Shown in pieces: positions 20,461 to 29,332 of a DNA stretch of 64,000 nt; position 1 is the first letter of the stretch; each line of letters begins with the position of its first letter. The notes beneath the pieces were generated by a model. That model did no database searches. It was not told the origin of the DNA and saw only the letters and a program-made list of their open reading frames with translations. A program made the translations under genes and the position numbers. The DNA lies in NCBI GenBank assembly GCA_012517355.1, contig JAAYVD010000022.1, forward strand, positions 75,011 through 139,010, given 5' to 3'. This DNA comes from Candidatus Rifleibacteriota bacterium (GTDB lineage Bacteria; Muiribacteriota; Ozemobacteria; Ozemobacterales; Ozemobacteraceae).

Positions 20461-22344
20461 GTGATGCGCAAGAACCTGCTGGTCGCCCTCCCCATCTTCC
20501 TGGCTGCCGTCCTGATCGGCTTTCTCGGGGAACGGCGGTCTCTCCAGTCCTCGAGCGTGGGAACCCGGCAGGAAATGGCCGCCGAGGCCGCCCGCGTCCT
20601 GCGGACCCTGCGGCCCCTGCTGCGCGCCGATCCCCTCCCGGGGCCAGCCCTTCCCGCCTTCCCGGATTTCACCGCCTCCGATCCCGCCGTCGGCCTCCTC
20701 TTCGAATTGGGCATCATGAAAGGGTTCCCAGACGGAACCTTCCGGCCCCAGGCCCGGATCACCCGGGGTGAGGGCCTGGCGCTCTGGGCGGCTCTGCAGA
20801 AGACCCTGTCCCAACGCATGTTCCGCCCGCCCTTCGTTCTGGCGCGGACCCCCGTGTTCACCGACGTCGGCCCCGACCACTGGCTGGCCGGTTCCCTGGC
20901 CGGCCTGGCGGGGATCGGGGCGCTTGCCTGCTTCCCCCAGCAGCGGTTGGCGCCCGACCTTCCCCTGACCAGCAAGGAGATCACCTCCATCGGGCGGGCC
21001 TTCATCGAGTATTTCGGCGGCAATCTCTTCGTCATGGAAGTCCGTGGGGACGGGGTGAAACTGCACCCCAAAGGCGCCCTCGACGCCCTTTCCCTCGAGG
21101 GATGGACCTGCTCCTGGAACGACAGCGATTGGATGCCGGTGCCCGAGGACGGCTTCCTGGCCTACCCCGGCCGGTATTTCCGGGGGTTGCAGCTGTCCCT
21201 CCGCCATCCGGAGTTCGACAGCCTCGGGCCGGTCGAGATCGTCATGGACCCTTCCGTGCTCTGGTTCCTCCAGGTCCGCAAGGATATGGCCCGCTTTCGG
21301 GAACGGATGCGCCGCGGCCTGACCCGGGCTCCCGACGGGGCCGAACGGTTCCGCCTGGAATCCCATCTTGCCGCGCTCCGTTCCCGCCTGCGCAAGCGTG
21401 ACGGGGACCGGGGGGTCGTCTTGGGGGAAATGCCAGTCGCCGGGCGGAATTCTCGCCCTTCTCAACCGCCGGAGGAACTGGCCGGCAAGATGTCGGAACT
21501 GCCCCCTGGCCGCGATGGATGGCCAGGCGAAACGCCCGTTTCGAGCACCGCCAGGGGGTCAGTTGCCGGGCCCGACCCTGAACCGGCCGTGACACCCGAC
21601 GATCAGCGGCCGGGCTTCATGCCCCCCGCCGGCGATCCAGATCCCGATGCCGATGCCGATGCCGATTCCGAATCCGATGTCGACCCCGATCTTTCCGAGC
21701 TGGCCCAGGCCCCTGCCATGGAAGACGAGGCTCCGGCTCCCACCACCGTTCTGGCCAGACGCTCCGGCCGTCTTCCCCCGTCCCGGAATGCCCCCGCCGT
21801 CTCCCGCGCCGGCCAGGTGCAGGTGACGGGGCGGGTGCTGGACGCCCGAACCCGGCTCGGGGTGGGCGGGGCCACCATCCTGATGGGAGACCGTGATTTC
21901 ACCACCGGCCCCGACGGCCGCTTCTCGGTCGCCCTCGCCGCCGGCCAACCCGCCGTCCTGACCGTTTACGGGGAAGGATACGAGCCCCTCTTCTGGCGGG
22001 GCCGGCCCCCTTCCGCTGAAGGGGAACTGCGGCTGGCGCTGTCCCCTCTTCATTCCACCATGGAAGGCCGGATCGTCGATTTCGAGACCGGCGACCCCGT
22101 TCCCCAGGCAGTGGTCCAGGTTTCCAACCGCCAGGTGCGCACCGGCCCGGACGGCCGGTTCGCCGTCCCCCGCCTGCTGCCCACCTACCACCAGGTGACC
22201 TGCCGGGCCCCGGGTTACATGGACGCCGTCGAGGTCATCTACGTGTCGGGCCGCCAGGACCGCAAGGAGATCCGCCTGCGTTCCCTCGCCCCCGCCCAGG
22301 TGTCAGCCAACCACCGTCCCAAGGGCCTCGATTTCGGCAACTGA
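20461..22344 (+). CDS. SLH-domain (S-layer homology) secreted protein with C-terminal carboxypeptidase-regulatory-like beta domains
   Basis: Signal peptide. Two SLH-like motifs (FPDFTASDPAVGLLFELGIMKGFPDGTFRP and FTDVGPDHWLAGSLAGLAG). An acidic DPDADADADSESD linker. Two C-terminal copies of ...GRVLDARTRLGVGGATI... / GRIVDFETGDPVPQAVV.... Confidence 0.75.
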   Translation: MMRKNLLVALPIFLAAVLIGFLGERRSLQSSSVGTRQEMAAEAARVLRTLRPLLRADPLPGPALPAFPDFTASDPAVGLLFELGIMKGFPDGTFRPQARITRGEGLALWAALQKTLSQRMFRPPFVLARTPVFTDVGPDHWLAGSLAGLAGIGALACFPQQRLAPDLPLTSKEITSIGRAFIEYFGGNLFVMEVRGDGVKLHPKGALDALSLEGWTCSWNDSDWMPVPEDGFLAYPGRYFRGLQLSLRHPEFDSLGPVEIVMDPSVLWFLQVRKDMARFRERMRRGLTRAPDGAERFRLESHLAALRSRLRKRDGDRGVVLGEMPVAGRNSRPSQPPEELAGKMSELPPGRDGWPGETPVSSTARGSVAGPDPEPAVTPDDQRPGFMPPAGDPDPDADADADSESDVDPDLSELAQAPAMEDEAPAPTTVLARRSGRLPPSRNAPAVSRAGQVQVTGRVLDARTRLGVGGATILMGDRDFTTGPDGRFSVALAAGQPAVLTVYGEGYEPLFWRGRPPSAEGELRLALSPLHSTMEGRIVDFETGDPVPQAVVQVSNRQVRTGPDGRFAVPRLLPTYHQVTCRAPGYMDAVEVIYVSGRQDRKEIRLRSLAPAQVSANHRPKGLDFGN

Positions 22345-22492
22345 CCCCGTCGGGTCCGGTTCAAGAGGGCCTTCAGGACACCCATCCCGGAGGGGCCGCC
22401 CCATCAGCCGACCCAACTTGGATCTCCGAATGAACTCCCCGGCCAACCCGCTCAGCGCTTGAATGCAGGGATGGCTGACCCGGCGGTGGCGA

Positions 22493-24640
22493 TCAGGGCT
22501 GGAGGCTGAGGCGCGGCGTCGCTTCCCCGCCCCGGGTGGCCTGGGTGGCGGCGGAACCGTGCTGCCGGACGATGTGCGGCGTGATGAAGATGATCAGCTC
22601 GGTGCGTGATTCCTTGGAGGTCTTTTTGCGGAAGAGCTGGCCGATCCCGGGCAGATCGCCAAGGAACGGCACCTTGGAAATGGTGTCGTTCTTGTCGGTC
22701 TTGATCATGCCGCCGATCACGATGGTGTGGTTGTTCTTGATGATGACCTGGGTCTGGGCGCTGCGGTTGCTGAGGTTGGGGGTGGAGTTGCCACCCAGCG
22801 TGGTGAAGCCGAGCACGCTGCTGATGGTCGGGCTGATGTCCAGGAACACCTCGTCGTTGCCGGTCACCGACGGGGTCACCAGCAGGGTGATGTTGGCGTT
22901 GGCCTGGGCCACCGTCGTGGTGACGTTGCCCGTCTGGGCATTGGTCTGCGAGGACGAGACGTAGGGAATGGCCTGCCCGACCGTGATGTTGGCCTGCCGG
23001 TTGTTCAGGGTGGTGATGACCGGGTTGCTGAGCACCTTGGCGAAGGAATGGGTCTTGAGCATGGCCAGCAGGGCCCGGAACTGGTTGACGTTGAGACTGC
23101 CCCACCGGAAGACCCCCGTGCCGCCGGCATCGGCGGTTTCCGGGGCGATCGACATGTCGAAACTCTGCTCGTTGGTGCCGGGAATGGGGATCTGCTTCTG
23201 CCAGTTGATGCCCAGCCGCTCTTCCTCGTTCAGGTCGATCTCGTAGATGTGGGCGTCGATGGTCACCTGGATGGGCGCCACGTCGAGCTTGGCCACCAGT
23301 TCCCGGATCCGGTCGAGGTTGGACTGGTAGTCGGTGATGATCATCATGTCCGATCGCCCGGACCCCCCGCCGCCCGCCGCTGCCATGGAAGCCTGGCTCG
23401 ACGAATAGGCCTGGATCTGCGCCGCCGGGGCGATCATCTGGATGGCTTGCAGCAGGTTCGCGGCATCGACGTAGTCGAGGTAGAACACCTCGGTCACCTG
23501 CCGCACCGCCACCTCCACGGACTGTTCCTTGACATCGATCTGGGGCAGCAGTTTGGCGATACGGTCCAGCACCTGCTGGGTGTCGGTCACGAGCAGCGAG
23601 TTGGTGCGATCGTCCACCGACGAGGTGCCGCGATTGGGGGTGAGCAGGCGGTCGACGGTCGCCTTGATCGTGGCCGCCTTGGTGTTCTGGATGTTGAACA
23701 TGTGGGGGATCGTTGGGGCATTGGCCACCGGGAAGATGCTCAGGATGGAGCCCGACCAGGAGAATGCCAGGTCGTAGCTTCGCAGCAGGGTGTTGAACGC
23801 CTCCTCGACGGTGACGTCGCTGAACAGGATGGTCACCGTCCCACCGATCTGGGCATTGAGCATGAGATTGATGTTGACCAGGGTGGCCAGCGAGCGCAAG
23901 GCATCCTTCAGATCGGTGTCCCGGAAGTCCAGCTGCCGGATCTGGATGTTCGCTCCTGCGGGCAATCTGAGCGTGGTCCCCTGGCCGTCCGGTTCGCCCG
24001 TGCCGATGGTGGGACCTGACGGGGGGGTGAGCGGTTGCGGCTGGGCCCCGGTGATGGGGGAGGGAGCCGTGGCCGGGGCCAGCTGGTAGAGAGCATTCCG
24101 GTTCGCCCTTTCCCCGGCGGGGAAGGGGAGGCCAAGGGGAACGATGCCTTCCCGCGATCCGGGTGCTGATTCCCCCTGCCAGTCGGGTTGTGGGCACAGC
24201 CGGGCCGAGTCAGGCATCCCGGGGATGGGGAGCCCCTCCCCGACTTGAACGGGGAGGGCGGCTGCCCGAACTTCGGCGAGGGGATCGTGGGCCGGCGCGC
24301 GTGAAGGAAGAGTTCCCGGGGCGACCATGCGGATGCGGGTGCCGTTGCCCAGGTCGACCCAGTCCAGTCCCCGCGAAAAGCTGTGGCCGGTTCTGGCGCC
24401 AACCCCGCTGGTCGTCGACATGGAAGGTCCCACCTGGCTGGACGTGGAGGGAACCTTGAGAGAACCGTTCGGGGCCCGGGGAAGGGGCTGCCAGGGGGAG
24501 GCCGACCCGCGTGGCGACCGCGCCTGCACGACCGGGACGGGGGCTGTTCCGAGCAACAGCCCCACCAGGATCGCGCAGAACAGGGCTTTCCGGTCTTTCA
24601 GGATGGCCACGGCCTTCTCCGATGATGAGTCCCTCTTCAC
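22493..24640 (-). CDS. pilQ: Type IV pilus / T2SS secretin
   Basis: Signal peptide. N0/N1-like domains. Secretin C-domain with VPFLGDLPGIGQLFRKKTSKESRTELIIFITPHIV. Confidence 0.9.
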   Translation of the reverse strand: MKRDSSSEKAVAILKDRKALFCAILVGLLLGTAPVPVVQARSPRGSASPWQPLPRAPNGSLKVPSTSSQVGPSMSTTSGVGARTGHSFSRGLDWVDLGNGTRIRMVAPGTLPSRAPAHDPLAEVRAAALPVQVGEGLPIPGMPDSARLCPQPDWQGESAPGSREGIVPLGLPFPAGERANRNALYQLAPATAPSPITGAQPQPLTPPSGPTIGTGEPDGQGTTLRLPAGANIQIRQLDFRDTDLKDALRSLATLVNINLMLNAQIGGTVTILFSDVTVEEAFNTLLRSYDLAFSWSGSILSIFPVANAPTIPHMFNIQNTKAATIKATVDRLLTPNRGTSSVDDRTNSLLVTDTQQVLDRIAKLLPQIDVKEQSVEVAVRQVTEVFYLDYVDAANLLQAIQMIAPAAQIQAYSSSQASMAAAGGGGSGRSDMMIITDYQSNLDRIRELVAKLDVAPIQVTIDAHIYEIDLNEEERLGINWQKQIPIPGTNEQSFDMSIAPETADAGGTGVFRWGSLNVNQFRALLAMLKTHSFAKVLSNPVITTLNNRQANITVGQAIPYVSSSQTNAQTGNVTTTVAQANANITLLVTPSVTGNDEVFLDISPTISSVLGFTTLGGNSTPNLSNRSAQTQVIIKNNHTIVIGGMIKTDKNDTISKVPFLGDLPGIGQLFRKKTSKESRTELIIFITPHIVRQHGSAATQATRGGEATPRLSLQP

Positions 24641-24689
24641 ATCGGCATTTCGGGGAGAAAGGATGAGGTGGGGGCCTCTCCAGGGGCTG

Positions 24690-25163
24690 TCAGGGTTTGA
24701 ACAGCCGGCAGGTGGCGTCCCGGGTCAGGGTGTTGCCATTGACGTCCTGAAACGTCAACCGAATGGTGGCGATGATCGGTGACAGATCGGACGGAGACAG
24801 ATCATACAAGTCGACCACCCGGCGGGTGTAGGGGCTGATGGTGATGGTTTGGCCGGCCGCGGGGGTGAACTTGAATTCATACGGGGTGGGAGGAACGGCC
24901 AATTCCGGGAGGGCCTGCCCGACTTTGCTTTGGTAGGCGATCGAAAAGGAAACCAGGTTGGTTGGGACCGGGGTCTCGAAATCCAGGGTGATCTGCACGG
25001 CCGGCAGGTCGGCCGTTGCCGTCGAGGTGGGGACCAGATCGTAGGGATCGACCTTCGCCACTGTGATCATCACGGTGGGCAGGATGGTTTTTTCGATGCA
25101 TCCCGTTCCTGTCATGGACAGGACACCCAGGATGAGAAGCCCCAACACCACCCGACGCAACAT
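24690..25163 (-). CDS. Small all-beta lipoprotein-like protein between pilP and pilQ. It could be a pilotin or accessory protein.
   Basis: Signal peptide with Cys (LGVLSMTGTGC). 157 aa. Position immediately upstream of the secretin. Confidence 0.5.
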   Translation of the reverse strand: MLRRVVLGLLILGVLSMTGTGCIEKTILPTVMITVAKVDPYDLVPTSTATADLPAVQITLDFETPVPTNLVSFSIAYQSKVGQALPELAVPPTPYEFKFTPAAGQTITISPYTRRVVDLYDLSPSDLSPIIATIRLTFQDVNGNTLTRDATCRLFKP

Positions 25164-25223
25164 ATCCTCCCCATCGGCCGTTTGCGGGCCAGAATTGAGA
25201 GATGGGTGACCGTCAGGGGAAAG

Positions 25224-25925
25224 TCAGGGACCCTTGCCGAAGGTGTCGTCGTAGGTATACGTGCCGTCCGAGGCCACGTTGACCACGACCCCCCTCTTGG
25301 GGATCAACACCGTTCCCGAGGCGTCCTCCATGATGATCAGGTGGCGCTCGATCTTTTTGATCTCGAGGTCCTGGAAGGTATCGCCGGCCTTGTACAGGCG
25401 GCTGTCGAGAATGGCCATCAGATTGGTGGGGGTCTCGATGGTTCCCATGAAGGGGGCTTGGATGATCCGGGTGGTCTTGACGACCTTTTTCTCCTCCTCG
25501 GTTCCACTCTGCTGAACGGTTCCTGCCACCCTCTGCATTTCGAGGAACGGAGACGGTTCGAAGGGCATCCGCGGAAGGTCGGTGAAGGCCTGGATGACGG
25601 GATCGACGTCCGAAGCAACGTGGGACGGTGCGCTGGTCACGGCTTCGGCGTGGTCTTCCGGGTGGGCGGACTGCGAGGCCGCCGCATCGATCGGTTGTTC
25701 TTCCCCCGGTCCAGCGCCGGGGGCATCCTCCGAGCCCTCGGCCGTTGCCGCTCCCGGTGCCGAGGCGACGGGCGTGGTCTGGCTGGCGATCTCCAGGTCA
25801 TCCAGGCTCACCGCCACCGCCGCCTTTTTGGGTTTCGGCTTGATTTTCGGGCGGTTCTTGAACCAGTTGACCCCCATCGCCACCGACAGGACGATCAGGC
25901 TGAGGAAGAACAAGCGCTTCCCCAT
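25224..25925 (-). CDS. pilP: PilP-like inner-membrane pilus alignment protein
   Basis: N-terminal signal anchor, an acidic disordered linker and a C-terminal beta domain (AILDSRLYKAGDTFQDLEIKKIERHLIIME). It sits between pilO and the secretin. Confidence 0.55.
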   Translation of the reverse strand: MGKRLFFLSLIVLSVAMGVNWFKNRPKIKPKPKKAAVAVSLDDLEIASQTTPVASAPGAATAEGSEDAPGAGPGEEQPIDAAASQSAHPEDHAEAVTSAPSHVASDVDPVIQAFTDLPRMPFEPSPFLEMQRVAGTVQQSGTEEEKKVVKTTRIIQAPFMGTIETPTNLMAILDSRLYKAGDTFQDLEIKKIERHLIIMEDASGTVLIPKRGVVVNVASDGTYTYDDTFGKGP

Positions 25926-25927
25926 TT

Positions 25928-26557
25928 TTACCCCCCCTCTTCTGGTGGAGGCGGTGGCGCTACTGGACCGTTCAGGAACTCTTCAGGAAGGACGTAGACC
26001 GTGGGCAGCAGGTCGAACTTGAAGGTTCCGCTCGCATCCGCCGAAAGGGGGGGAAGATCGAGGAAGATCAGTTTCTCTTGTTTTTCCAAAAGGCGTAGAA
26101 AAATCCCGAGTTGGCTGAACGTTCCCTGGAAACTGATCTTGACCGGGTATTCCTCATACCGGACGGTTTCGAAGGTCCGCTCCTGCTTGGGTTGTGGGCT
26201 GATGCTCTTGATCTCCATCTTGGCAAGTTTGCCGACCTGCCGGAGGTTTTGGAGAAACTGGGAGGCCTCGGACTGCTTGTAACAGATCTTGACCGCGTTC
26301 TCGCGGGCCTTCCTGAACTCGTTGACCTCGAGCTGGATCTGCTCCTTGTTGGCCACCGCCTCCTCGAGTACCTGGATCTGGCTCTCGATACCCTTGTTCT
26401 TTTTCAGTTCCTTGGTCAGGAGCACGACCTGGGGGGAATACATGAACTTCCACCCAATGAACAGGATGGCTCCCAGAACCAGAAATGGCTGGGCCGCCAC
26501 CTTAGGGTCGGCCTTGGCTTTCTGCAGCCACTCGGTAAGGGAAAAACCCTCTGCCAT
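25928..26557 (-). CDS. pilO: PilO-like pilus assembly protein
   Basis: One N-terminal TM helix (FLVLGAILFIGWKF), a coiled coil and a C-terminal alpha/beta domain. Operon position after pilM/N. Confidence 0.7.
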   Translation of the reverse strand: MAEGFSLTEWLQKAKADPKVAAQPFLVLGAILFIGWKFMYSPQVVLLTKELKKNKGIESQIQVLEEAVANKEQIQLEVNEFRKARENAVKICYKQSEASQFLQNLRQVGKLAKMEIKSISPQPKQERTFETVRYEEYPVKISFQGTFSQLGIFLRLLEKQEKLIFLDLPPLSADASGTFKFDLLPTVYVLPEEFLNGPVAPPPPPEEGG

Positions 26558-26567
26558 GGTGGTTCTC

Positions 26568-28445
26568 CTAGCCCTCTGGAGGAGGCTCGCCGGCTGGGGG
26601 TTCCCCGCCCCCGCCTTCCCCTTCGGCCGGAGGAGGGGGAGGCTCGGGAATCACGATCTTGCCGGCCAGGGAGAACTTGATGAAAAAACGCTCTTCATCG
26701 ATGGGAACCTCTTCCGTCGATTCGAGGGCGGATCCCTTGAAAAAGGTCGAGTTGTTCAAGGCCTTGAGATACTCGAAAACCCGGTCGGAGGTGTCGGTAT
26801 GGCCCGCCAGCCTGAACACCCGCGGATCGGACCGTACCTGCAAATGGGCGTTGGTGAGAAAGATCTGGCGGGGGGTCGAACTGGCGAGATCGAGCAGGAT
26901 CTCTGACAGCGGCACCTTGCTTGCCATCAGGGCTTCAGTCAGGCCAGCCTCTCTCCCCAAGAGGTCTTTTTCCGCGAGCAGCTGGGTAACCTCGGCCTGG
27001 GATTCCGTAAGGTCATTGAGGCGGGCTTCCAGTTTCTTGGTGTCGTTCTTGGCCTTGGTGACATCCTGGCGGATCTTCACCAAGGGGAAAGACCCCACGA
27101 GCAGGACGAAGACGACGAGCAGGCCGGCCAGGATCCGGAGCTTGCCCTCGTCGAGCTGCAGGCTGATGCCCAGCTTCTGGGCGAACCCTGCCCCGAATTT
27201 CGAACTCACGCCCGAGAAATCGATCGCCTGCGCTCTCCGGTTGGGATACATGATGTCGATGAAGTTGATCACCTTGGCGTCCCGCAGCCCGTCGTAGAGG
27301 GCAACTCCCACGGCCGGAGCCAGGGCGGGGGTTTCCATCGGCAGCCGGTCGGGGGGAAAATTGGTGCTTGTCGGCGACAACGTCTTGAACGGGTCGGCCA
27401 GCTCGGCCGGCACCTCGAGGCTTTCCTGGATGAACTCCTTGAAATTCTTCATGGCCGCCGTCCCGCCCGACAGGATGATGCGGTCGATGGCGGTCTCTCC
27501 GAATTGGGAGATGTAGAAACTGACCGACAACTGGATGTGCTGGAAGATCTTTTCAACGGTGGCGAAGATCTGCTGCCCGGCCCACTTCTCGGCCCCCTTC
27601 ATCGCCTGTACTTCGTCGGGAGGAAGGACGCCGATCTTGTGCTTCAGTTCGACCACCTCGTCGACCGTCTTGAACTCGATCTTTTGCCCGTCCACTTCCC
27701 CCCCCGCGAAGATGGCCTCGGTGATGGTCTCACCCCCCATGTTGATATCGCGGTAGAAGTTCAGAACCCCGCCCTTGTAGATCATGATCGAGGTGGTCTT
27801 GTGGCCACAATGGATCAGGGCCACCTTGCCCTTTTCCCCGGCCGACTTGATCCCGGCGGGGAGGGCCAATTCGAGGGCCTGGGGGAGGGTCAGGACCCCC
27901 TCGTTCGACAAACCCCCGCCCTTCAGGTTGTCGGTCATGATTTTGACGATGTCCTGCTGGAGGGCGGCCACCATGACCTGTTTGAGGGCCTTTTCCTCCT
28001 TGACGATTTCCCCGATTTCCTGCCAGCCGAAGACGGCTTTCTCCATCGAGAAGGGCATCTGCTTGGCGGCCTCGGCATTCACGCTGGCGGCGAAGGCCTC
28101 TTTCTCGGGGGTGGGGGGAAGCTCGAAATAGCGAATGGTCACCGGCCGCCCGCTGGCCAGGGTGATTCCCCGTTTCGTCTGGATCTGGTTGTCATACAAA
28201 AGCTCGGTCAGGTGCTTGGTCAGGAACTTGATGAGTTTCTGGATGGCGTCATTTTCGACGTCTTCGCGGCTCATCTTCTCACGCTCTTCCGCGGTCAGCT
28301 GATGGACGAACGGCGGTATGCGCAGGTGGGCAAGGGCTTTCAAGACGGGTTTCCCGTCGTCACCGGCGATGACGTGGACAAACTTCAGGGAAAAACTCCC
28401 TATGTCCACCGCCACGAAAGGTTCGAATTTCGCTGGATCAGCCAT
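26568..28445 (-). CDS. pilMN: PilM-PilN fusion: an actin-like ATPase-fold PilM domain fused to TM + PilN-like coiled-coil/periplasmic domains
   Basis: N-terminus VAVDIGSFSLKFVHV is the PilM/FtsA-like motif. An internal TM helix (LAGLLVVFVLLVGSFPLV) is followed by a coiled coil. The C-terminal tail is Pro/Glu/Gly-rich. Confidence 0.8.
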   Translation of the reverse strand: MADPAKFEPFVAVDIGSFSLKFVHVIAGDDGKPVLKALAHLRIPPFVHQLTAEEREKMSREDVENDAIQKLIKFLTKHLTELLYDNQIQTKRGITLASGRPVTIRYFELPPTPEKEAFAASVNAEAAKQMPFSMEKAVFGWQEIGEIVKEEKALKQVMVAALQQDIVKIMTDNLKGGGLSNEGVLTLPQALELALPAGIKSAGEKGKVALIHCGHKTTSIMIYKGGVLNFYRDINMGGETITEAIFAGGEVDGQKIEFKTVDEVVELKHKIGVLPPDEVQAMKGAEKWAGQQIFATVEKIFQHIQLSVSFYISQFGETAIDRIILSGGTAAMKNFKEFIQESLEVPAELADPFKTLSPTSTNFPPDRLPMETPALAPAVGVALYDGLRDAKVINFIDIMYPNRRAQAIDFSGVSSKFGAGFAQKLGISLQLDEGKLRILAGLLVVFVLLVGSFPLVKIRQDVTKAKNDTKKLEARLNDLTESQAEVTQLLAEKDLLGREAGLTEALMASKVPLSEILLDLASSTPRQIFLTNAHLQVRSDPRVFRLAGHTDTSDRVFEYLKALNNSTFFKGSALESTEEVPIDEERFFIKFSLAGKIVIPEPPPPPAEGEGGGGEPPAGEPPPEG

Positions 28446-28608
28446 CTTCTACCTGGTTTGCCCCTCGGTCGGGATGGGGAAGAAAATCCCTGGTCGCTTC
28501 CCCTGTCGGTGAAACGGTCTTCCCATGTATCGGATTCCAGAGGAGAACCCTCTATCTCTAGATTAACAAATCCCCGAAGGCTTGCACTCGGTCGGGTACC
28601 CTCGAACT

Positions 28609-28647
28609 CCAAAGAAAAACCGGCGCCCCTGGGAGCAGGGACGCCGG
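28609..28647 (-). terminator. Rho-independent terminator downstream of the pilin gene
   Basis: On the minus strand the GC-rich hairpin CCGGCGUCCCUG-CUCC-CAGGGGCGCCGG is followed by UUUUUCUUU. Confidence 0.65.
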
Positions 28648-28662
28648 TATCGAGGCTCGCAG

Positions 28663-29211
28663 TTAGAATTTGACCCGGCTGACGGACACCAGGATGTCGT
28701 CGCCATCATAATTAGGGCCAGCGACGGTGGTAACCGCATCCATCGCGCCATCGGGGCCGGCAGAATGGAGGTAGATGCCTTTGTTCCAGTGATAGTACTT
28801 GATCTTGGCGTCCCAGGCATCCATCATGAATTCTTCGGGGTTGCTGTCCATGTAGGGGCCCTTCCACCGCTTGGAATAGGCGTTGATCCCCATGTTGGTG
28901 AATGTTCCGGTAACCGTATTGTTGACCAGGACATTTTTGTCGTAGGTGGCATCGAGAGCAACGGTATCCGCCGCGTTGATGGTGTTGGCCGATGAGGTGC
29001 TAGTGGTGTGGGGGAAGCGGCCGAGGTCGTTGTTGTAGTTCACCAGGGCGGTCTTCAGGTTGGTCATCGCTGCCTTGGTGGCGGCCGATTTGCCCTGGTC
29101 GGTGATGCTGCCGATCATCGGGCCGGCGACCGAGGCCAGAACCGCGATGACGATGATGACGACCATGATCTCCATCAGGGTGAAGCCTGCCCGCCTCGAA
29201 AGCCTGTTCAT
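28663..29211 (-). CDS. Type IV pilin / GspG-like major pseudopilin (prepilin with class III signal)
   Basis: RRAGFTLMEIMVVIIVIAVLA is the prepilin cleavage/methylation motif. Downstream KAAMTNLKTALVNYNNDLGRFP resembles GspG/PilA. It has its own promoter and terminator. Confidence 0.85.
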   Translation of the reverse strand: MNRLSRRAGFTLMEIMVVIIVIAVLASVAGPMIGSITDQGKSAATKAAMTNLKTALVNYNNDLGRFPHTTSTSSANTINAADTVALDATYDKNVLVNNTVTGTFTNMGINAYSKRWKGPYMDSNPEEFMMDAWDAKIKYYHWNKGIYLHSAGPDGAMDAVTTVAGPNYDGDDILVSVSRVKF

Positions 29212-29250
29212 CGGAATCCTCCTGCTGATTGCATTTCCCGGTTCGAAGGC

Positions 29251-29279
29251 AATATAGGAAATTCCATCGGCATCGTCAA
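29251..29279 (-). promoter_or_regulatory. Near-consensus sigma70 promoter for the pilin gene
   Basis: On the minus strand TTGACG - 17 nt - TATATT, about 35 nt upstream of the ATG. A GGAGG SD follows. Confidence 0.5.
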
Positions 29280-29332
29280 CCTCCCGATCAAGGGGAAAAT
29301 TCCCCTCGACCTTCTTGGGCCTTTGGGGTACG

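Noticed and set aside
21603-21670. A (GATGCC)n-like short tandem repeat, considered as a possible CRISPR or VNTR
   Set aside because: It is inside the SLH-protein coding region and in frame, encoding an acidic DPDADADADSESDVDPD linker. It has no spacer-repeat architecture.
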